Positions 8,083 through 16,679 are shown, counted from the first letter of the stretch. The stretch: DNA of 33,402 nt from a virus (IMGVR_UViG_3300022862_000017:1-33402); one strand, 5' to 3'. The notes: generated by a model from the sequence alone, not told the origin. Numbers and translations are program-made.

Positions 8083-8436
8083 ATGGATAAAATATTAAGA
8101 TTCAAAAAAGCACCTACTCTTAAGGATTTAGAAGGATTAAGTGTTAATGGCGGAACTTTTGAAATTGGAGACGGATTTATTCAAAAAAATACAATTGTAA
8201 TGAATGTACCAAATACTTTTAGGTTTACTACAAAAATCGAAGTATATAGCTATGAAAATGGCATTTGTGATTTAATCATGTCGCAGTTTTTAACAAGAGG
8301 TCCTGAATTGTGGGAAATGGGTGATGCTTTTTATCGCATCGGCTTCAATGATGAAGGAAACACAGAACAACAATTACGGTACTTATGCAACGAGTTAATA
8401 AATCGCGATTTAGTGGAGTGGGTTGAAAAAGATTAA
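8083..8436 (+). CDS. Hypothetical protein
   Basis: 117-aa ORF with AAGGGG RBS. Confidence 0.7.
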   Translation: MDKILRFKKAPTLKDLEGLSVNGGTFEIGDGFIQKNTIVMNVPNTFRFTTKIEVYSYENGICDLIMSQFLTRGPELWEMGDAFYRIGFNDEGNTEQQLRYLCNELINRDLVEWVEKD

Positions 8437-8510
8437 CTGAAAAACATGTGAACTTTATGAATAAATCTATGGTTAAAAATTTGAATATTGAAAATATGGA
8501 GGGTTGAGGC

Positions 8511-8759
8511 ATGGATAAACAAATTACGGTAACGATGCCAGTTGAAGAATACGAAAGATTGAAACGGATTGAAGCTAAATACGATGACTTGATTCACAGT
8601 ATGGAAAAATGTATTGAGGTACAAGAAGTTAAAAATGAGCATAAAGTTAATTTGATTTTCCGAACAAATTTAGCAGTTAAGCTACTTGCTCCATACAATG
8701 ATTGGGATTGTGATTTAGAACATTTCGACAAGGTTATTATTCAACCGTACAAAGGCTAG
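8511..8759 (+). CDS. Hypothetical phage protein
   Basis: ITVTMPVEEYERLK N-terminus; GGAGG RBS. Confidence 0.7.
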   Translation: MDKQITVTMPVEEYERLKRIEAKYDDLIHSMEKCIEVQEVKNEHKVNLIFRTNLAVKLLAPYNDWDCDLEHFDKVIIQPYKG

Positions 8760-8774
8760 GAGGGGGCAGGGCAA

Positions 8775-9557
8775 ATGGGCATCATCCGAGTGGCTAAGAA
8801 CAGCAACTATGTAGTGATGAATCGAACGGCATTGAACGATAACCGGCTATCTTGGAAAGCTAAAGGCATAATGGCATACATGCTTTCAATGCCAGATGAT
8901 TGGGTGTTTTATATGGACGAGTTAATTACCCACTCAACAGATGGCAAAGATTCTTTCAAGAGTGGATTTAAAGAGCTCAAAGATAACGGTTATGTTGAAC
9001 GCAAATCAATTAAGGATGAAAACACTAAGCGAATTGTATCTTGGGAAACTATAGTTCATGAAGTACCTTTTCCACAAACGGAAAAGCCACTAGTGGAAAT
9101 TCCACCAGTGGAAAATCCATTGATGGAAAAACCACTAGTGGAAAATCCGCCACTACTAAGTACTGATAATAACCAAGTATTGAATAAACCAAATATTGAT
9201 AATAACCAAGTACTGACTACAGACATGAAGCATGCTCAAAAGCTATATGAGTTCTTTGTCAGTCGTCTGCAAAAGTTTCCTAGTGATAAGTTACGAGAAG
9301 ATATCGATTACTACCTAGCAACTTATCAAGATGCAGATTTAATTATTGAAGCATTTGAACGAGCACTTATAAATGGACGAGTTACTAACAAAGAAAAATA
9401 TGCAACTGGCACATTACGCAACTGGAAACATGAAGGCGTAACATCTATCGAATTATTAGCTAAAAAGGAGGCGCAGCAACTTGCAGGCAATCAACACGGC
9501 ACTACAAAAGGACAGCGTACTACACAAAGTGAACTCGGGGTTGATGTGGGCTTCTAG
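8775..9557 (+). CDS. Replication initiator (N-terminal HTH, C-terminal DnaD-like)
   Basis: LSWKAKGIMAYMLSMPDDW...ELKDNGY; YATGTLRNWKHEGV; internal iterons. Confidence 0.88.
   Translation: MGIIRVAKNSNYVVMNRTALNDNRLSWKAKGIMAYMLSMPDDWVFYMDELITHSTDGKDSFKSGFKELKDNGYVERKSIKDENTKRIVSWETIVHEVPFPQTEKPLVEIPPVENPLMEKPLVENPPLLSTDNNQVLNKPNIDNNQVLTTDMKHAQKLYEFFVSRLQKFPSDKLREDIDYYLATYQDADLIIEAFERALINGRVTNKEKYATGTLRNWKHEGVTSIELLAKKEAQQLAGNQHGTTKGQRTTQSELGVDVGF
9080..9215. repeat. Phage replication origin iterons inside the initiator gene
   Basis: Five tandem 15-bp units GGAAAAnCCACTAGT-like (9080..9154), then two TGATAATAACCAAGTA copies in an AT-rich tract. Confidence 0.75.
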
Positions 9558-10302
9558 CAAATGCGAGAAACATGATATTCAACTGATGATCGTAAATGGC
9601 AAAGAGTCTTGTCCTAGATGTTTTTGCGAGAAAGAAAATGCTGTATTCGAAGCTGAATTTAAAGCTGAACTCCAGCAACAGCAAGCAAAGGTTAAGTTTA
9701 ATACACTCGCAAATAAAAGCTTGATACAGGACAAAACGTTACTAGATGCAACATTTGATAGCTATATTGCACAGACAGCCGAAGAACAGGCTAACAAACA
9801 AAAAGCATTGCAATTTTTAGAACGCTACCAACAAGGTCACCGTTTCAATCTATGGTTTAACGGCAAGCCAGGTGTAGGGAAGAGTCATTTGTCTATGAGT
9901 ATCTTAAAAGCTCTTAATAGCTTGCATGTATCGTGCTTGTATATCGACATCGATGAAATGTTGAGAAAGATAAGAGCTAGTTTTAACGACAAAGAATCTC
10001 CATATACAGAACAGTATTTCACCGAATTACTAACGAACGTTGATTACTTGGTATTGGACGATTTAGGAGCAGAAACAGGAAACATCGATACGAACAAACA
10101 AGCAACAGATTTCACCAGCAGATTATTACGAGCTGTTGTTAACGGACGACAGGATAAGTCAACAATCGTTACTACAAATCTATCAAGTAAAGCGCTAATG
10201 AATATGTATGATCCAAAGTTAATTAGTCGCATGATGAAGAATTTAGAGACGATTATTTTTACAGAAACAACGGACAAGCGTATTAAAAATATTGGATTTT
10301 AG
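9481..10302 (+). CDS. DnaC/IstB-like AAA+ helicase loader
   Basis: Walker A GKPGVGKS, Walker B LVLDDLGAE, TIVTTNL; N-terminal Zn-binding CEKH/CPRC. Confidence 0.92.
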   Translation: MQAINTALQKDSVLHKVNSGLMWASSKCEKHDIQLMIVNGKESCPRCFCEKENAVFEAEFKAELQQQQAKVKFNTLANKSLIQDKTLLDATFDSYIAQTAEEQANKQKALQFLERYQQGHRFNLWFNGKPGVGKSHLSMSILKALNSLHVSCLYIDIDEMLRKIRASFNDKESPYTEQYFTELLTNVDYLVLDDLGAETGNIDTNKQATDFTSRLLRAVVNGRQDKSTIVTTNLSSKALMNMYDPKLISRMMKNLETIIFTETTDKRIKNIGF

Positions 10303-10335
10303 AGGGGCAACAGCCCCTTGATGGAGGGTGATGGG

Positions 10336-10554
10336 ATGATAGATCAAAAGTTTGTAGAAAGATTAGGATTTGGCGTTACACCGTATGCAGTCATTATCTG
10401 GCGTGATGGGGATGAAACTAAGTCCAAAACAATTTGTTATGACGAGCTGGAGGTACAAGTTGCGCTAGCTATGCATGCTAATCCGAAAGGATTTTATCAC
10501 CGATATGAGCCGAAGGTTTACTACACGGCACAAGAACAGGAGTTGATTGCATGA
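10336..10554 (+). CDS. Hypothetical phage protein
   Basis: ORF with GGAGGGTG RBS. Confidence 0.65.
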   Translation: MIDQKFVERLGFGVTPYAVIIWRDGDETKSKTICYDELEVQVALAMHANPKGFYHRYEPKVYYTAQEQELIA

Positions 10555-10790
10555 GACGACGCAACGGCATTCCAATTGACATTCCTAGTGCTCGTAAGTC
10601 AGTACCGAAAGTTAAGGTGCAAAAGCCAAATGAATACAACCATTACAACGTGTATGTGACGATGTTCAAGCGCGAGGGTGATCAAAACATCTGGACCATG
10701 GTTCCGTTCATGCATCCGGATTACAAAAAACTTAGAAAAGAAGGTTATCGAATCACAGAGAAGTGGGATAAGAGGGAGGTTTCGGCATGA
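10551..10790 (+). CDS. Hypothetical phage protein
   Basis: 79-aa ORF, ATGA overlap, AGGAG RBS. Confidence 0.65.
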   Translation: MRRRNGIPIDIPSARKSVPKVKVQKPNEYNHYNVYVTMFKREGDQNIWTMVPFMHPDYKKLRKEGYRITEKWDKREVSA

Positions 10791-11521
10791 CGTTAACTGA
10801 ACAACTGGCATTTCATTTTGAAGATGATGAGATTTGGAAACCTGTTGTTGGTTATGAAGGGCTGTATGAAGTTAGTAGTAAAGGGCAAGTTCGATCTTTA
10901 GATAGACCAGTTTATAGAGGGAACAAAATCCACTGTTACATGAAAGGACGCATATTAAAACAAACCAAAACAACAACAGGTTACATGAGAGTGACATTAG
11001 TTAAACCAGGAAATAAAAACAAGATGTTTAGAGTGCATCGATTAATTGCCACTGCTTTTATTCCACAGATTGAAGGTAAAGAATTAATAAATCATATCGA
11101 CTGTAATCCGTTAAACAACAATGTGGAAAACTTGGAATGGTGTACACATTCAGAAAACCTTATCCACGCATATCGTTCAGGCGAAAGAGATTGGTCTATT
11201 AAGAATAAAGAAGAGTTGATAATTCAGACCTATTTAGAAGACAGGAACAGTGGTTGCAACACAATTGCGAAGCAAATAGGGTGTGATGGCAAAACAATAA
11301 AAAGGCTGCTGGAACAACACGGAATACAAATACGAAGCAATAAAGATGTTAGAACCAAGGTTCCTTATGAAGTATTAGAAACGGAATTCAAAAACGGTTC
11401 AAGAAACATTGATATTGCTAAGAAATATAGCATCAGTACAACAACAGTAAAGAGGTACAAAAGAGAATATAAGGAGGGATTAAAAGTTGAATCAAACGCA
11501 GCTTATCGGAAGGCTAACTAA
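10787..11521 (+). CDS. NUMOD4-HNH homing endonuclease
   Basis: EIWKPVVGYEGLYEVSSKGQVRS (NUMOD4); VHRLIATAF...INHIDCNPLNNNVENLEW (HNH); C-terminal HTH-like repeats. Confidence 0.92.
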   Translation: MTLTEQLAFHFEDDEIWKPVVGYEGLYEVSSKGQVRSLDRPVYRGNKIHCYMKGRILKQTKTTTGYMRVTLVKPGNKNKMFRVHRLIATAFIPQIEGKELINHIDCNPLNNNVENLEWCTHSENLIHAYRSGERDWSIKNKEELIIQTYLEDRNSGCNTIAKQIGCDGKTIKRLLEQHGIQIRSNKDVRTKVPYEVLETEFKNGSRNIDIAKKYSISTTTVKRYKREYKEGLKVESNAAYRKAN

Positions 11522-11987
11522 AGATCCCGAGATTTCATACACTCAATCAGGCATTGCAAGAGCACGTTTTACATTAGCTGTTAATCGAACTTTCAAAAAT
11601 CAGAATAACGAGAATGAAACTGACTTTATCCAAATAGAAGCATGGAGAAAAACTGCTGAAAATGCTGCTAACTACTTAAAGAAAGGTAGTTTAACAGGGA
11701 TAACAGGATCTATACGCACTGGTTCGTATGAGAGAGACGGGCAAAGAATCTATTTTACGAACGTTGTAGCTGACAGTATCCAATTCTTAGAGCCAAGAAA
11801 CAGCACAGGAGGCTCACAGGGCGTATCAAACTACGAATCTAGTATAAATACAGGTGGACAGTATCAAGGCAGTTCACAGGGGCAATATGGCAGTAATAAT
11901 CAGCCAAATTATTCAAGGGTCGATGAAGATCCGTTTGCGAATAGTAAGGGGCCGATTGAGGTTAATTCTGACGATTTACCTTTCTAA
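11487..11987 (+). CDS. ssb: Single-stranded DNA-binding protein
   Basis: LIGRLTKDPE...FTLAVNR; acidic DDLPF tail. Confidence 0.96.
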   Translation: MNQTQLIGRLTKDPEISYTQSGIARARFTLAVNRTFKNQNNENETDFIQIEAWRKTAENAANYLKKGSLTGITGSIRTGSYERDGQRIYFTNVVADSIQFLEPRNSTGGSQGVSNYESSINTGGQYQGSSQGQYGSNNQPNYSRVDEDPFANSKGPIEVNSDDLPF

Positions 11988-12009
11988 ATAATTAATCGAG
12001 GTGATACAC

Positions 12010-12189
12010 ATGCCAACATTAAGAAAAATCACCAAGGCTAGGACATCAAGAGAATTAGAACGTTTGGTTACGGATGATACGGAGAGAGGTTGGATGGTAG
12101 CAAGTAGAATGAATTACATTTCTGCTGATCCACGACCTTATCAAATACTGTTGGAATTTAACACTGAAAGGGAACAGGTGGGTTTATGA
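12010..12189 (+). CDS. Small hypothetical phage protein
   Basis: GAGGTG RBS; operonic. Confidence 0.6.
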   Translation: MPTLRKITKARTSRELERLVTDDTERGWMVASRMNYISADPRPYQILLEFNTEREQVGL

Positions 12190-12848
12190 ACTTAACAAAA
12201 CTATTTGAAACACAGGCAGCATTGGACGAGCACATCATGCAGGAACATCCAGAGTTACAAGGGCAGAATAATCTCGATTGGAAACTACTAGCTCTACAGG
12301 TTGAGCTAGGTGAATGTGCAAACGAATGGCGTGGGTTTAAGAAGTGGAGCAAGAATCAGAAGCCGAGAACATGGGATAGAATTCACTGCCCTAGTTGTGC
12401 AAAGAAAGGCTATTACAGAGGGAATCCACCAGTAGATGAGGTTAAAGGTAGGCATGGACTAGGGAACCATTGGTATTACTGTGATGATTGCGCAGGCTTC
12501 TTGGTAGTAGATAAAAATCCATTGTTAGAAGAATACGTTGACTGTCTGCATTTCATTTTGTCAGTAGGTTTAGATTTACAAGTTCAGCATGACTACATTT
12601 TCGATTTTAATAGAGATGATGAAGAATCAATAATCGACCTTTTTGCAGAATGTTACGCATTCGCTGGTGATTTGTATTGGAATAGTAAAAACGGCAGTAC
12701 TATTACAGAATCACAGAATGACTACCAAACATTATTATTTCATTTTAATCATCTTGGTAGAAAATTAGGGTTTACATGGGAGCAAGTGGAAGAAGGTTAC
12801 TTCAAAAAGAATAAGATTAACCACGAGCGTCAGGAGAGTGGCTATTGA
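12186..12848 (+). CDS. dut: Dimeric all-alpha dUTPase with Cys-rich insertion
   Basis: LALQVELGECANEWRGFKKWS, LLEEYVDCLHFILS, KNKINHERQESGY. Confidence 0.9.
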   Translation: MNLTKLFETQAALDEHIMQEHPELQGQNNLDWKLLALQVELGECANEWRGFKKWSKNQKPRTWDRIHCPSCAKKGYYRGNPPVDEVKGRHGLGNHWYYCDDCAGFLVVDKNPLLEEYVDCLHFILSVGLDLQVQHDYIFDFNRDDEESIIDLFAECYAFAGDLYWNSKNGSTITESQNDYQTLLFHFNHLGRKLGFTWEQVEEGYFKKNKINHERQESGY

Positions 12849-13033
12849 TGAAAAAAGACCTCACAAATGCTCAAGTCTCAATTCTACTTGAAATCGATGG
12901 ACAAGTACATTTAGTCGGTTTCGAAAAAGAACGTTTAGAGACAATTACATCACTCGTAAAAGTGGCAGCTGAAGTAGCAGTGCCAACAGGTAGGTCGCAA
13001 ACTGAATTAAGAGGGTTTTTAAATTGTAATTAA
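12845..13033 (+). CDS. Hypothetical phage protein
   Basis: 62-aa operonic ORF. Confidence 0.6.
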   Translation: MMKKDLTNAQVSILLEIDGQVHLVGFEKERLETITSLVKVAAEVAVPTGRSQTELRGFLNCN

Positions 13034-13072
13034 AATACACGCTGTTGGAAGAGTGCTAACAGGAGGACAAAT

Positions 13073-13498
13073 ATGAACGTACTCACATTTGAAATACCAG
13101 GGGTCATTCAACCACAAGAGCGACCTCGCTTTAGTAGACATGGCAAGAAAGTAATCACACATGATGCACCTAAAAGCAAGAATTTCAAAGACTTTGTAAA
13201 GCTCGTAGCATGGCAAAATAAACCGTCTGAATTGATTACAGAACCGATAAAGCTTCAAGCTGATATTTATCTCATGCCACCGCAAAAATATCGCACAGGA
13301 CCGAAGAGAAAGCTTATAGAGAGTGGTGAGTTACGTCCAACAACAAAGCCTGATCTCGATAACCTGATTAAGGGAATAAAGGATGGGTGTAACAAAGTTA
13401 TTTGGCATGATGATTCCCAGATCGTTGAGATGAATGTACGGAAGTTTTATTCAGAGCAACCGAGGGCAGAGGTGACGATTGAATGGCACCAAAAGTAG
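13073..13498 (+). CDS. rusA: RusA Holliday junction resolvase
   Basis: QERPRF; KPDLDNLIKGIKDG...WHDDSQIV. Confidence 0.93.
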   Translation: MNVLTFEIPGVIQPQERPRFSRHGKKVITHDAPKSKNFKDFVKLVAWQNKPSELITEPIKLQADIYLMPPQKYRTGPKRKLIESGELRPTTKPDLDNLIKGIKDGCNKVIWHDDSQIVEMNVRKFYSEQPRAEVTIEWHQK

Positions 13499-13737
13499 AG
13501 AATCGGTACATCTTGTTCACTGGTGAGGTTCATGAATCGGTTAAGTTTGATTTCACCATACAACAGATCGGAACCTTCATAGCTATGTGAAATCAAGGAT
13601 ATCCAATTAACGAGATAGCTCAGAAGCTTAATGCAAGTAAGGTGAGCGTGGCTTTGATTGCTATGGACCTTGAAATGGCTGGAAGGATTGGGCCAAGAAC
13701 TGGTGGATTGTTAGGGAAGAGGAAAGTGGTTAGTTGA
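13483..13737 (+). pseudogene. HTH protein gene with in-frame TGA
   Basis: MAPKVENRYILF...FIAM*NQGYPINEIAQKL...GKRKVVS*; TGA at 13588 where Trp (TGG) is expected; GAGGTG RBS. Confidence 0.7.
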
Positions 13738-13785
13738 AATATATTGTTCAGTTAAAACAATAAAACATTTGGAGGGGGATTTATT

Positions 13786-14184
13786 ATGATGAGTCAAGAA
13801 AAATTGGATATTTTAAATGGCATGGAAATTATAGATGAAGATTGTGGTGGAAGCGAGCTGGTTTATGTACTTGTCGAGTACAGCAATGAGAATATTGAAA
13901 AATTATCAAAAGTAGTGCCAGATGTTAATGAATATCTAAAGAATGTCGGTGATCCAGATGGCACTAAGGAAGGTATTGATATCGTTATAGCAGCATTTGA
14001 ACACACTGATGCTGATTATTATCACAAAGGTAAATTCGTTATTTTTACAAAAGTACAACTACTTGAAATGTATGAGGATGAAAAGGGGAACCGCCTAAAA
14101 GTGGAAAGAGAATTAAAAAATCTTAGAACACACATTGGTTATGCGAAAGCACAGATTCAAGGAGCGTTGAACTCAATAGGTTAA
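13786..14184 (+). CDS. Hypothetical acidic protein
   Basis: 132-aa ORF, GGAGGG RBS. Confidence 0.75.
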   Translation: MMSQEKLDILNGMEIIDEDCGGSELVYVLVEYSNENIEKLSKVVPDVNEYLKNVGDPDGTKEGIDIVIAAFEHTDADYYHKGKFVIFTKVQLLEMYEDEKGNRLKVERELKNLRTHIGYAKAQIQGALNSIG

Positions 14185-14218
14185 TTCGAACTAAATTGTG
14201 CAACAGGGGGGTGAGGTA

Positions 14219-14674
14219 TTGAAATATGAATTAGTGCCACTTGAATTGGTAGAGGCACAAGCATTTGTAGACAAGCATCATAGGCACAATGTAGCACCAC
14301 ACAGGGACAAATTTAGAATTGGTTTAGCGCTAAATGACGAGCTAGTAGGAGTGATTATGGTTGGTCGTCCAGTGGCACGTCACAATGATGATGGTTGGAC
14401 ATTAGAGGCTATACGATGCTGTGTTTTAGATGGTTATAAAAATGCTTGCTCAAAACTGTATGCAGCAGCTTGGCGAGCAGCACGAAATTTAGGTTATCAA
14501 AGATTAATCACATATACATTAATTTCAGAGAGTGGGACTTCATTAGTTGCTGCTGGGGCCAAAATAATCGGTCAAACACAGGCACGTCCTAAAGGGTGGG
14601 ATACACCTAGTAGACGTAGAAAAATGGCAGAACGTTACCCTACAGAACAAAAAACAATTTGGGAGTTTTGCTGA
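14219..14674 (+). CDS. XF1762-family, Mom-like GNAT-fold protein
   Basis: AQAFVDKHHRH, VGRPVAR, NACSKLYAAAWRAARNLGY...ITYTL.SESGTSL; TTG start after GGGGGTG. Confidence 0.8.
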   Translation: MKYELVPLELVEAQAFVDKHHRHNVAPHRDKFRIGLALNDELVGVIMVGRPVARHNDDGWTLEAIRCCVLDGYKNACSKLYAAAWRAARNLGYQRLITYTLISESGTSLVAAGAKIIGQTQARPKGWDTPSRRRKMAERYPTEQKTIWEFC

Positions 14675-14789
14675 ACAATATGAGGAAAAGAAAAAGCCGC
14701 AGCGTTTGCACACGCTACAGCTCGAATTGGTTTATGCCCTTTGATGGTGTTCACAACTCTAGTATATCACACCGTAGGAGGGCAAACCT

Positions 14790-15287
14790 ATGACAAACTA
14801 TCAATCTACAGCAAGCAAGGCAACTGAACATAATGATATGTTCTACATCATCACTCAAATGATTAAGGACTTCAAATGGATGCGTAATGAGGTCCAAAGG
14901 CTTCAAAAGCTTTTATATGGTCATAGCTTACCAATTCAAAATTGGGGAGTAGCACAGTACGGAGTAGAGGCAGCGATGCCGAAGGGTTCCAAGGGCAAAA
15001 GTATGATGGAGATTAAGCGTATTGAATCATTAGAAGAAAAGCGAAACAACCGATTAAGACGCTATGAAACAGAGGTTTATCTACTAGAAACACTAGGAGA
15101 TACACTTCAAAACGAAACGCAAAAGGTTATTTACGATTGTTTGCTGGAGGGCATGACTTACAGAGAAATAGGGCTACACCTAATGATTTCTAAGGACAAT
15201 GTGCAGAAGCAGAGGAAAGAAATTATTCAACAATTAATTGAAAATGAACAAATGGAAACGTTCCTGCTATATGGCGAATTTGATTAA
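14790..15287 (+). CDS. Late transcriptional activator (sigma70 region 4/ArpU-like HTH)
   Basis: VAQYGVEAAMPKG; C-terminal LLEGMTYREIGLHL HTH; last early gene before packaging. Confidence 0.75.
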   Translation: MTNYQSTASKATEHNDMFYIITQMIKDFKWMRNEVQRLQKLLYGHSLPIQNWGVAQYGVEAAMPKGSKGKSMMEIKRIESLEEKRNNRLRRYETEVYLLETLGDTLQNETQKVIYDCLLEGMTYREIGLHLMISKDNVQKQRKEIIQQLIENEQMETFLLYGEFD

Positions 15288-15293
15288 TGGTCA

Positions 15294-15338
15294 AGACAGA
15301 ATAGACAAAGTAGACAGAATAGACAAATGAGACAAAAA
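15294..15338 (+). repeat. Five tandem 9-bp repeats (AGACARANN), probable late-activator binding sites
   Basis: AGACAGAAT AGACAAAGT AGACAGAAT AGACAAATG AGACAAAAA. Confidence 0.75.
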
Positions 15339-15384
15339 CGTACTTATTTGTTTTCACTAAAATTTAAGATGTAAAATGGAGGGG

Positions 15385-15510
15385 AGGTCGGACAGGTAAA
15401 TCTTTCTTCACTTGGTATTTATAAAAACCTAAATATTAGGGAAAGACAGACCGACGACCGACCCGCGCTGAACAAGTTTGTTCGGAGCATGACATACACG
15501 GCCGGCCCAT
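15385..15510 (+). ncRNA. Candidate structured late-leader RNA
   Basis: GTCGG...TCTTTC...TGGTATTTA/TAAATATTA...GAAAGA...CCGAC nested stem, then a GC-rich domain with TGAACAA/TTGTTCG hairpin. Confidence 0.5.
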
Positions 15511-15725
15511 ATTTTTAAGAGATTAGGTATCTTAATTAATATAAAAGGCTAATAAAAGCTGAAGGAGTGGTTTATATGTGAACTTCGTCCACTTTTATTC
15601 AGAAATTACTACATCAACAAAGTGCACGGAAATGCACTCTAAAATTAGAACACAATTCGTTACAAAATAACGTGGTACGCTCTGCCATGAGTCGCAAGTG
15701 AGCTCTAGACAATTTACCACAATAT

Positions 15726-15760
15726 CAAAGCTTTCATCTTCGGATGGAGGCTTTTTCTTA
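15726..15760 (+). terminator. Intrinsic terminator
   Basis: AAAGCTTTCATC-TTCG-GATGGAGGCTTTTTT. Confidence 0.75.
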
Positions 15761-15782
15761 TTTACAAAAGGAGGTAGAACAA

Positions 15783-16046
15783 TTGGCAAACACAGTAACA
15801 CAAGAACAAATCGATAACATCATTGAGCAATCATCATTTGAGGTATTCCATCGAGTACATGAAAAGCAGTGCCTTGTTGTAGCTAAATTACCGAACGGCT
15901 TTACGGTAGTAGGTGAATCAGCTTGCGTTGATCCAGCTAATTACGATGAGCAGATTGGATACGACTTAGCAGTGAAACATATTAAAAACCGACTTTGGGA
16001 GCTAGAAGGGTACGCATTACAAAACAAATTGTATCAAATAAATTAA
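15783..16046 (+). CDS. Phage Gp49/66 family protein
   Basis: LPNGFTVVGESACVDPANYDEQIG...LWELEGYAL; AGGAGG RBS before TTG 15783. Confidence 0.85.
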   Translation: MANTVTQEQIDNIIEQSSFEVFHRVHEKQCLVVAKLPNGFTVVGESACVDPANYDEQIGYDLAVKHIKNRLWELEGYALQNKLYQIN

Positions 16047-16070
16047 GAGCCCTTCACAGGGCTTTTTCTT
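16045..16070 (+). terminator. Intrinsic terminator
   Basis: AAGAGCCCT-TCAC-AGGGCTTTTTCTT. Confidence 0.7.
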
Positions 16071-16205
16071 TTGCTTTGAAAACTGCATCAAACAGCCAAA
16101 ACACTACGAGTTGAGAGGGCAGAGTTTGGTGTGGTTTTGAGAGCAAAAAGTTAACACAATTATTTCATCTTCTGGTTTATGATTGGAATTAAGGAGGTGA
16201 AAATA

Positions 16206-16679
16206 ATGATAGAGCAAGATACTTACAACGGGCAGTATGTAAACGTTACAAAAGAACAATCAGATTTAGGTTTTTCTTTCATTGAAGCCTTAAAAAATGA
16301 TGATTTAAAAAGTTTTTGGTCAATGGTGTGTGAGTTAGATAAATCACGAGTATATGGTATTTATTATTCCTTGAAAAATGAACAATTATTTTTAGGGGAA
16401 TTTGAGGATTTCGTTAGAACAGAGATTTTTGAGTTTGTAAAAGAAAAATATAAAAATGTCTTTGATAACACAGGTATTGCTTCTCACTTAAGATTTAGCG
16501 AGTTTGGAGAACACATCATTTGTATGGTACCAAATACAGTTGCACCATTACATTTTATTGCTGAGACAGAAATCTATGTTTTTCCTATTACCATATTGCC
16601 AGAAACAAAAATGAATAAAATGGATTCAGAAGTTTCGTGGAAAGCAAGAATTTATAATGATAGAGATTTTATGATTTAA
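16206..16679 (+). CDS. Hypothetical AT-rich moron protein
   Basis: AGGAGGTG RBS; own downstream terminator. Confidence 0.75.
   Translation: MIEQDTYNGQYVNVTKEQSDLGFSFIEALKNDDLKSFWSMVCELDKSRVYGIYYSLKNEQLFLGEFEDFVRTEIFEFVKEKYKNVFDNTGIASHLRFSEFGEHIICMVPNTVAPLHFIAETEIYVFPITILPETKMNKMDSEVSWKARIYNDRDFMI

Noticed and set aside
10787-11521. Group I intron carrying the HNH gene
   Set aside because: No interrupted host gene and no non-coding room for an intron core; the ORF overlaps both neighbours
13588-13590. TGA recoding or alternative genetic code
   Set aside because: Single instance; TGA is used as a normal stop in many other genes here
15294-15338. Tandem repeats considered as a mini-CRISPR
   Set aside because: 9-bp contiguous units with no spacers; no repeat-spacer array was seen anywhere in the window
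15578-15670. 30-aa GTG-start ORF as a type I toxin
   Set aside because: Peptide is hydrophilic with no TM segment, and the start is ambiguous
15540-15720. tRNA gene in the late leader
   Set aside because: No T-loop GTTCRA in a cloverleaf context was found by eye
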